Part shown: positions 25,450-34,200 of the stretch, in pieces | Numbering within the stretch: the stretch's first letter is position 1 | Layout of the letters: every line of letters begins with the position of its first letter | Source of the DNA: a virus | Taxonomy: Duplodnaviria; Caudoviricetes | Virus record (IMG/VR): IMGVR_UViG_3300027571_000667 | Location: 1 to 40,950 of that record | Length of the DNA: 40,950 nt | Direction: 5' to 3' (one strand) | Translations under genes and position numbers: made by a program | The notes under the pieces: generated by a model | Database searches by the model: none | What the model was told of the DNA's origin: nothing | Seen by the model: the letters and a program-made list of their open reading frames with translations, nothing else

Positions 25450-27834
25450 TTATAACCTCATATTCCAGCCTTTGGATCTTAGAAACTCTATTTGCTCTAC
25501 AGCATCACCTGTAGGTATAGATGTGTTTGCTAAGTTAACGCTTATACCACCACGTGGATTGTTTTCGTAATTTGCAACAAGATCTGCTACAATACTATTT
25601 ACCGCTCCTGCTGGCAAGTTAGGATTATTGCTTATGTCGAATCTATATAAAGACCTACATGCTATTAGAGCGCCTGCTGTATAATCAGTAAAGTTATTGT
25701 TATTCATATAAAAATCGTAACATAGCACTAAATTATTCATGTCAGGAACAGCACCAGTAATTTGGTTATAACTAATAAACAATCTTCTTAGATTTGGTGT
25801 TTCAAGACCAGCAAATCCTGTTAACTGATTACTATGTACATAAAAGTATTGTAACGCATTACTTTGTATTACTGGAATATTACCGCTGAATTGGTTGCCA
25901 TATAAATGACAGTAATATAAGTTAGGGTTATTAAAAAAGTTTGGTAATGGCCCTGTAAAGTTATTTTGTAACATTACAATATAACGCAAGTTCTGCATTG
26001 TATTTAAACTTGGGAACGCACCACTTACTCCTGCATTGAAACTTCTAAATACAATACCAATCATACCTGTTGGTTTTTCAAAACAATCTGGGTGCATTGG
26101 CGCATTTAACAAACTACTACTTGCTACTTGGAAGTAACGCATAGCATCTGCACAATCGTCAAATACATCATCGTATAATACATAATCTTGCTCTGTGTCT
26201 GAACGTCCGCCACGTAGTGCTGTGTATTGTCCTTGGAAATAGTATAATTGTGAGTTTCCAGCAAACTTTGGTATTGGTCCAGTATATGCACTTCCGTAAC
26301 AGTATATAAGTCTTAGAGATCCACAGTTTGCAAACTTGTATGCTCCTGAGCTTGTAGTAAATAAGTTTCTATCTGCAGGCACATTAGCTGCACTATTGTA
26401 ATGAGCATAAAAATTCTGTAGTGAATTTTTGTTTGTTAGGTTTGGAATGTTTATTCCTGGATTACCGCCTATGTTTATATAGTTAATTACACTACTAGCA
26501 AACTGCATGCTGTCATCAGTAATTGAATTACTGTATATATTAATTTGTCTTAGATCTGGCAAGTCTTTAACACTCTGCGGTATTTCATTAAAACTGTTTC
26601 TATATAGATAATAGTTTTGGCATGTGTTTGAAACTTCAGGTCCTGCTCCACTTGGATCCTCAGCATCTTGATCAAAGTAATTAAATGCTCCACCTCTGTT
26701 GTGGCCATTTAAGTTAAGAGTTAATAAGTTTGTAAGTGTTGTTAAGTCTGCTGTAATACTTCCATTAAATGTATTACCAAATCTTATTTCTCTAACTGTT
26801 GTAGGTATACGTGCTAACACACTTGAATTAAATTTACGTAAAGTAGGCTCGTCACCTAATGTAAAGTTATTCTCTCTAACATCTAATAATCTAACATTAG
26901 GAACAAACTGTGTAAAGTCCGGGAACGTTTTTATAATGTTGTTGTTTACATATAAATTTTGACAATTTTCTAATGCAGCCGCTGGAAGTTTTTCTAACCC
27001 TATTCCTGACATTGGCAATGTTAAAATATTATTTGGATTATGATATATTTCAACATTCTTAGACGCAGCACCTGTATCTCTATATCTTAAGAAACTACGT
27101 GTTGTATTACTGCCGCCTACATTTTCATATTCTTTTGTTAAGTAGTCAAATTGATTATTTACAACACGCCAACTAACAGCACCGCTTGTAACTAATCTTA
27201 AATCACTATCTAAGTTTCTAAAAAATCCTTCAAATACTAAAGGTATTCCTTTCATAGCATATAGATATACTGTTTGTCCGTTGATAGTTGCTTGTACTTT
27301 ATGTGTAGGAACTTCAGAACTTCTAAAACGTACTGTGTCTGCCGGTTTCAGTATTTCTAATGTGTTTGCTTCAACAGCACCATCAATTTCAATTGTGCTT
27401 CCGTAGAATATTGGACTTGTATCTGTTGCAGGACTGTCTGTACTACTCCAGCTACTAACACGGCTTGTACTAATGTCTGCAAACTTTAGTGTACTATTGT
27501 CATCATCAATATATTGATACTTAATTGCGCCAGCACCTAATGCACCGTTGACTGATAAGTTACCTTTAAGTACTGATCCAGTTCCTGCTGTTTCATCAAT
27601 AATAGTAGAGTACTGTAATGTGTCTTGATATAGTTTAACAAGGTATGTTTGTACAGGAACATTAAGTCCGCTTAATGTTTTTACATCATCTGCTGTAATA
27701 CCTAAGTCACCAGCAGCGTTTCTAATAACATCAAGGTCATTAATATCTATACCTATATTTTCTAATGCCGCTGCAGGATCTGCGACATCTGCAAGACTCC
27801 TGTTTACGTTTAGACCAAATTTAATGTCTGCCAT
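25450..27834 (-). CDS. Leucine-rich-repeat protein with fibre-like N-terminus (794 aa)
   Basis: Many LxxLxxxxNx(F/L)xGx(I/L)P-type repeats from about aa 280 onward. Confidence 0.85.
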   Translation of the reverse strand: MADIKFGLNVNRSLADVADPAAALENIGIDINDLDVIRNAAGDLGITADDVKTLSGLNVPVQTYLVKLYQDTLQYSTIIDETAGTGSVLKGNLSVNGALGAGAIKYQYIDDDNSTLKFADISTSRVSSWSSTDSPATDTSPIFYGSTIEIDGAVEANTLEILKPADTVRFRSSEVPTHKVQATINGQTVYLYAMKGIPLVFEGFFRNLDSDLRLVTSGAVSWRVVNNQFDYLTKEYENVGGSNTTRSFLRYRDTGAASKNVEIYHNPNNILTLPMSGIGLEKLPAAALENCQNLYVNNNIIKTFPDFTQFVPNVRLLDVRENNFTLGDEPTLRKFNSSVLARIPTTVREIRFGNTFNGSITADLTTLTNLLTLNLNGHNRGGAFNYFDQDAEDPSGAGPEVSNTCQNYYLYRNSFNEIPQSVKDLPDLRQINIYSNSITDDSMQFASSVINYINIGGNPGINIPNLTNKNSLQNFYAHYNSAANVPADRNLFTTSSGAYKFANCGSLRLIYCYGSAYTGPIPKFAGNSQLYYFQGQYTALRGGRSDTEQDYVLYDDVFDDCADAMRYFQVASSSLLNAPMHPDCFEKPTGMIGIVFRSFNAGVSGAFPSLNTMQNLRYIVMLQNNFTGPLPNFFNNPNLYYCHLYGNQFSGNIPVIQSNALQYFYVHSNQLTGFAGLETPNLRRLFISYNQITGAVPDMNNLVLCYDFYMNNNNFTDYTAGALIACRSLYRFDISNNPNLPAGAVNSIVADLVANYENNPRGGISVNLANTSIPTGDAVEQIEFLRSKGWNMRL

Positions 27835-30800
27835 TAATCTTCCTTCGTTGTGATACTTGCACTTACTAAATTAACATCGTTATTAATTAAACTTCTTGCT
27901 GTAATAAACGTTGCTGTAGTATTTAATATTCCTGGCGTAATTGTTGTCCTATCTGGTCCGTACACACTATCTAAGCCAACAGTATTATTTCTATTAGGCG
28001 CAACATATAATGTGTCTTTCAATTTACCTGGTCTTAAAGGTTGCGAGTTTTGTACATCTACACTTGTACTTGCTAGTCTTTCTTTTTCTAAGTAGTTAGC
28101 TGCAGGAACGCCTGCACTTGCTCCACCGGAAAATACTATGTCAACTCCGCTATTTGAAATCCATTCAGGACAAAATGCTCTTGTAGTTCCGTTTATGTAT
28201 TCAGTAATAGTTACGTTATTCATTCTAGCATTGTCTCGCATAAACACAACAAGATATAATGGCTTTGGTTGGAAACTAAAAATTTGTACTTTGTTTACAC
28301 CTTTGTCAGGATCGCCTGTTATTAGTTTATCTGTTAGTCTTATAGGTGACACCTTTAAATTAAATGCACTACTACTAGGAGCTCCGTCTACATCTACATA
28401 ATACTTTTCAACGCCTTCGCTGGTGTCAAACGTTTTAAGTGCAGATGTAAATCTAATTCCACTTGCTGTATCGCCTTCGCCAAACTCTCCACCTATTAGA
28501 TTAAAGCCATTAATTAACTCACTAGGCTCTTCGTCAAATATAATAACATTGCTTGCAATTCCACTTACAGGATCTGTTGATGCATATGTTACAGCAAATT
28601 CTAATCTACTTTCAATTGAACATTTAATACCAGAACATGTACCAGAGTCAGTACCTGCCGGCCTAGGTAATCTGTAATCAATATCATAACGTATGCCTAA
28701 TGGTGCGTCACCTTCTGCTTGTTCAAATCCGTCTCTATTTCTAAACAAGCTACTATGAGTAAATTCTGCATGTAGTATGTTATCTAAGTTAGGTTCTATT
28801 TCCGTAACACCATCTTTTAACAAAAATTTAACTTCCTGTACTGGTGTGCCAAGTGCATTAGTGCGTGTTGATATAATTGGTTTGTTTTCCGTAACACCAA
28901 TTAAGAATTCACAAAACTGTGTTCCTGTTGTTATTACTGGATTTAAATAGTTACAATCAAAACTGTCACCTGTTACAGGATATGTACTACCTGCAATAGC
29001 ATCGTAGTAACTTGTAAATCTTACAGCCGTTGTGTCTACACTAGCACGGTCTGTTACTACTCCGTTTAATACTACTTGCGGGTCAATAGTACCTGTTGCA
29101 CTTTTTTCGTATGCTCCATCAAATCCTATTCTCTCAATGTTTGCTGTACTTTCACTTGTTCGTGATGCATAACAACTATTAATGCCAGGAACAATAAGTT
29201 TACTATCATCGTCTCTTGTTCTAAATATTGGGTCACCGTCTGATGTGCCACCGCTTACATATGCTGCAAAGCCACTTGTATCTACTTCTGTATCGTATTC
29301 TGGATCACTATATAAAGCAAATTGTGTATCACCTACTACGTCGATGTAGTATGTTTGCAGGTTAACTTCTGTCATACCTACAACATTTTCTAGTGTAACT
29401 TTTTGTCCAGTAAAGTATCCATGTGCAACGTCTGTAGTTACGATGCCACAACTTGCTTGACTAATATTAGTTATATTAACTTGTGGTTGTGGGTTTGTGG
29501 TTATTTCGTTACCAGCACCGTTTATATTTACACTACGTACTACACCGTTTTCATTACTATGTAAACTTGGTGCATAGTGATGTCCAAATGCTGGGCATCC
29601 TTCTATTTCAACTACTTGTACTTCTGTAAGCTGATCACAGTCTATTTTTAAATCTACTGGATAAACGTTTTTCTTATTTGGTTTTCCTACACCGTCACTG
29701 TTCTTAATAAACTGTTTAGGATAAATTCCTGCAACACTTGTTTGTCTAGCGTTGTTTACAATCTTGTCATCTGATGTGTAACTGTAGTACTGACCAGCAC
29801 TATTATCGCCACCATCAATATAACAAGACGCACCATACTTGTACAAGTATTGTGGAGTTCTAATGTTACCAGTGTTTTTAATATCTTGTAAGTATCTAAA
29901 CTTAAAGTAAGGATCCTGCAAACAAGGTTCGCCTAGTTGATTTTCAATTGTTAGTGTATGTATTAATACCCAACGTGCATCTCCAGTGTCTGTTGGAATG
30001 TAAGCATAAAACTTAGCACCAATAGCGCCGTACCAACCAAATTCAATTTTATACATAGTAACTTTTGTTGGATCAAGTAAGTAACCCGATCTACCATTAC
30101 CATCAAGTGGATCACCGTTAAAAAAGTCTCTTGTAATTACAAGTTCAAAAAATTCAGTTTCGTTAAATGGTTCTCTACTTGGAACAGTTGTTTGTGACGT
30201 ATTGTTAAAGCCCATACGCTGTAGTACTTCGTTTGGCAATCTTACTGAGCTTCTACGTATAATATTAAACTGTGGACCTTTTATTTGAAATACGTATTCG
30301 TCTGTTGGATTACCTATACCCCATTCAATTACATTGTCAATACTTGCTTCGTCTCTACTTGCTCTAAAGCCAAAAGTAAATCCAGATATACGTCCTGGTT
30401 GATATCTATATGCTTTTTTACTTTGAAGTAATCCAAAGTATTGATTTTGATCTGATTGTCCAGGTCTTGTATTTGTAGCATCATAACCTGTAGGGAATCT
30501 TATTGGAGTATTAGTACCAGGATCTAATAACAAACCGTCACGCATGTTCATCCATGATTGACACCAGTTTTCAATTTTATCATATCCTAGTTGTTCGTCA
30601 TCAGGATAGTTTACATCTCCGTCTGATACATCACACAATGAAGGATCTAAAAAATTATCATTTGCAAACTGAGGATAGTTAGTTACGTAGTCATTATATA
30701 AATCATTGCCTAAATTTATAAATTCTAAGTACCTACTAAATACCGCAGGATTATAACCACCATTTACAAAGTTAGGTCCTGGAGGAAATGTAAATGCTAC

Positions 30801-31277
30801 AGGAAAACTTTCAACAACAAGTGCCTGCTCGTTTGTTTCTTCTTTTAGTCTAGTAAAGTAATGGTTGCCATATGTAATATTACGTCTATTATACCAACCA
30901 GCTGGTCTGCCAAATACTCCGTTATATTGATAGAACTCCCATTCTTCTTCGTTAACACCGTATGTACTTACATCACTGAATAAACTAAGTTGCACTTCTG
31001 CTCTTGGAATACCTAGTAATGTTGTACTAACTTGTGATGTTTCAGCAAACTGTTCTTCAATAGTTAACTGTGTATTATCAGCAATAGCATTGTTTACTAC
31101 AACACTTGTACTGTTCTCTGCTTTAGAGAGAGCTTCTACCGGACCTTCATCTTCAGTAACAATTATGTTACCATTTGAATCTCTTAGTGGTACACCTTTT
31201 ACAATGTCATAAAGAGGTACAAATGATTTCGATGTAGGTATAGGTATTCTGTCGAAACCTATTTTGATTTGAGGCAT
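27834..31277 (-). CDS. Large putative virion protein (1147 aa), paralog of 31281..36020
   Basis: LLGIPRAE, YRYQPGR, KVTMYKIEFGWYGAIGA, KYGASCYIDGGD blocks; E1-FCCH-like insert near 29305-29480. Confidence 0.75.
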   Translation of the reverse strand: MPQIKIGFDRIPIPTSKSFVPLYDIVKGVPLRDSNGNIIVTEDEGPVEALSKAENSTSVVVNNAIADNTQLTIEEQFAETSQVSTTLLGIPRAEVQLSLFSDVSTYGVNEEEWEFYQYNGVFGRPAGWYNRRNITYGNHYFTRLKEETNEQALVVESFPVAFTFPPGPNFVNGGYNPAVFSRYLEFINLGNDLYNDYVTNYPQFANDNFLDPSLCDVSDGDVNYPDDEQLGYDKIENWCQSWMNMRDGLLLDPGTNTPIRFPTGYDATNTRPGQSDQNQYFGLLQSKKAYRYQPGRISGFTFGFRASRDEASIDNVIEWGIGNPTDEYVFQIKGPQFNIIRRSSVRLPNEVLQRMGFNNTSQTTVPSREPFNETEFFELVITRDFFNGDPLDGNGRSGYLLDPTKVTMYKIEFGWYGAIGAKFYAYIPTDTGDARWVLIHTLTIENQLGEPCLQDPYFKFRYLQDIKNTGNIRTPQYLYKYGASCYIDGGDNSAGQYYSYTSDDKIVNNARQTSVAGIYPKQFIKNSDGVGKPNKKNVYPVDLKIDCDQLTEVQVVEIEGCPAFGHHYAPSLHSNENGVVRSVNINGAGNEITTNPQPQVNITNISQASCGIVTTDVAHGYFTGQKVTLENVVGMTEVNLQTYYIDVVGDTQFALYSDPEYDTEVDTSGFAAYVSGGTSDGDPIFRTRDDDSKLIVPGINSCYASRTSESTANIERIGFDGAYEKSATGTIDPQVVLNGVVTDRASVDTTAVRFTSYYDAIAGSTYPVTGDSFDCNYLNPVITTGTQFCEFLIGVTENKPIISTRTNALGTPVQEVKFLLKDGVTEIEPNLDNILHAEFTHSSLFRNRDGFEQAEGDAPLGIRYDIDYRLPRPAGTDSGTCSGIKCSIESRLEFAVTYASTDPVSGIASNVIIFDEEPSELINGFNLIGGEFGEGDTASGIRFTSALKTFDTSEGVEKYYVDVDGAPSSSAFNLKVSPIRLTDKLITGDPDKGVNKVQIFSFQPKPLYLVVFMRDNARMNNVTITEYINGTTRAFCPEWISNSGVDIVFSGGASAGVPAANYLEKERLASTSVDVQNSQPLRPGKLKDTLYVAPNRNNTVGLDSVYGPDRTTITPGILNTTATFITARSLINNDVNLVSASITTKED

Positions 31278-31280
31278 CTA

Positions 31281-34200
31281 TTATTGCTCCTCCCACGTTA
31301 AGCTGGCACTCAATGAAACCTGCGCAGCTGCACTATTAAGTGTATTACTAAACGTTGCTACGTAAAGGGTTTCTATTTGATCTGTTAATGGGTAACTTAT
31401 ATATTCTTTGTTATAATCAAAATAAGTTGCTAAGTCAAACTCTTCAGCACCTGGAGCAATATAGTAACTTGCTAGTTCTGTACCTGTTCCTGGAATTGGT
31501 GTTTGTGCCCTCAATGCAACTTCTACTGAACTTAAACGTTCTTTTTCGAAAGTAGTTTCGCTTGAAGTAAGTACTGCACCTTGTGGGTCATACACGCCTT
31601 CTTTTAAGAATGATGCCGCACTAGCAAGAACTAGTGTACCATTGTATATTTCTGTTGGATAAAAGAAATAATTATCATTAGCTTTTTCTAATCTTCCTAA
31701 TACACTTATAAGTGTTTCAGAGCCATTTAAACTTGCACGGAAGTAACCGTATGTAAAGTCTCCGTTCTGTGAAAGGAAATCTGTATTTGTTGTAGATAGT
31801 AAATACTGACTGTTTAGATTTACTTCTGCATTAATTGCAAAACTACCTATTGTTCCTACAGTTGTTTGGAACGTTGGAGTTTTAACCAATGTCATTTTAG
31901 CATTTACAGTACCGTCAGCACCAGCACTTAAACGTGTTGGATATACCTGTACTCTGTTTCTAACGTCATCACCATTACCTGATGTAATGTTATCTTTAGT
32001 CTTTAAACCATATAACAATGCAGGTCTATCTACAATTACATTTAATGTTGATACTTGGCTTACTGGCTTATTAAGATATAAATCATTACCATCTACCCAA
32101 ATAACTTTAACGTTTTGGTCTTGTGAGTTACCTGTAATTATTCTAGCATTCATATAGTATGTACTTACTGCAGGAGCATCTCTGCCTGTTGTATCTGGAT
32201 CTAAGTTAGTTACTGACATTATAGGCGTAACTGGATCTGTAGCATTAGTATTATCAACACCTAATTTAAATTTACTACCATATACATCTGTAGGAGTTTC
32301 ACTACTATGATTGAATAGTCTTACAGTACCTCTGTCACCACCGTCAATGTAGTAAGAAGCACCGTACTTAACAAGGCTTTCTGAATAACTACCATATGGG
32401 TTTTGTAACCTATTAGCATTTGGAACACCAAAGCGTGATTCACTACCGCCGCCATATACTAGATATGTAATTGGAAGTGTAGCATTACCTAATGAAGATA
32501 TTTTTAACTGGTTTGAACAACGTAAATGGTGTACTCTTACCCAACGTGCATCACCGTTATCTACCGGAACATATGCTAAGAACAATGCACCAACAGCACC
32601 ATACCAACTAAATTCTACTTTAAGCATGGTAACCTTACTAAAGTCCATATCCCAAACACTTGTTTGTTCTTTTGCAGAAACACCTGTTCCTAAGAACAGC
32701 TCGCCTGCTTTTTTATCTAGTACGTTATCACTGTATACACTATTACGTGTTGTTCCGTCTAAACTATCTCCTGAGAATCTAGTTCTACCAACTCTATATT
32801 CATATACACTGTAGTATGTTGGATCAACATGATCTCTGGTCCATGTTTTATATTTGAAGTTTAAGTCATCTATCTGTGTTCTTAATGATGCTGCATCAAC
32901 ACTTGTGTCAATTGCTGTATCAATGTACCCAATTACTACATCTGAAGACTCTGCTGGCAACACACCTGATGAGCTATACAAGTATGGGAACATGCCATCG
33001 TATCTTTCTTCAACTCCAGCAAGTCCAAACGACTTATTATATTCTGTCGGATGTATAAACGGTACTGGTGTTTCAATAAAGTGACTTGTGCCTGCACCAG
33101 TTAATGTAATTGCAATATTATTACTTGCTGATACATCAAACTGGTCAAAGTCAGCAACCGCAGGATCCATAAGTTCTATTACGTTTCCTTTAGGCCCGCT
33201 TACATTTGATACCCAATAAGTTTTGCCGTCAGTTAGTTCTGGACAATCACCGTAATAGTTTACGTACTGTCCTATTGTAACACTTCCTTCTGCTAAAGTA
33301 AAGGTATCATTTGCTGTGTCAATTTGTGCTGGTGTTTTAATACGCTTTTTAAGTAATGTTGGATCATATACAGCTGCGTGTACCATAATTAGTCCATCAC
33401 GTAATATTACCAAATCACCAAACTGTCCTGCTGTTCCATAATCAATAGCACCGGTATATTCTGTTGTAAAGTTGTTTACAATAAGATTACCTAGTGTATT
33501 AAGTTTGTCAGTTTGTGCTGTTGTAAGCGCAAATCTAGTTGCCATACTTGGTAAGTTAACAGCACTTCCATCTGTTCTTGTAACAGCTACAGTTCCAGTT
33601 GATGTTAATAAGTCTTTTAAGAATACGTGTCTATTAACTTCTGCAACAACACCGCCGCTTGTTTGTGAGTAAACTTTTAATGCGCCGTCACTATAGTATT
33701 TTGCCGCATTGTATACAGTTGCCGCATTACCGCCAAACTGTACATCACTGCCATAGCCGTTCATTACATACTTAACGTCTCTAACACATTTGAATTTAAG
33801 TACTTCTTCAAAGTCTGCTTGTGTTGCGCCTTCTGGTAAGTCCGTAACAGCATCGTAACTTAAACTTTGACTTACTAAGTAACCGTAGTATAATGCATAC
33901 ACAGCAAATATAGTTTCTATCTTGCTACGCTGTCCGTATGTAGCAGCCGCAATCTGTGCATTAGTAATTGCACCAGTAGTACCGTCTGGTCCTAGTTGTG
34001 CAGGGTATGCACCTGAGCCGTTTGCTGTTACCGCTTGTATTTGATACTTAGCAAGGTCACCAATTTTAGTTCTTGCACCTAGCTCATTTATTCCTGCTAG
34101 TATATCACGTATCTTGTTTCTAAAGAAATAGTGTGTTTCGCCCTCACGCTCTGCATCTGCTAATAATCCTGTATCGTAAGTTGCTCCATTTGCTATAATG

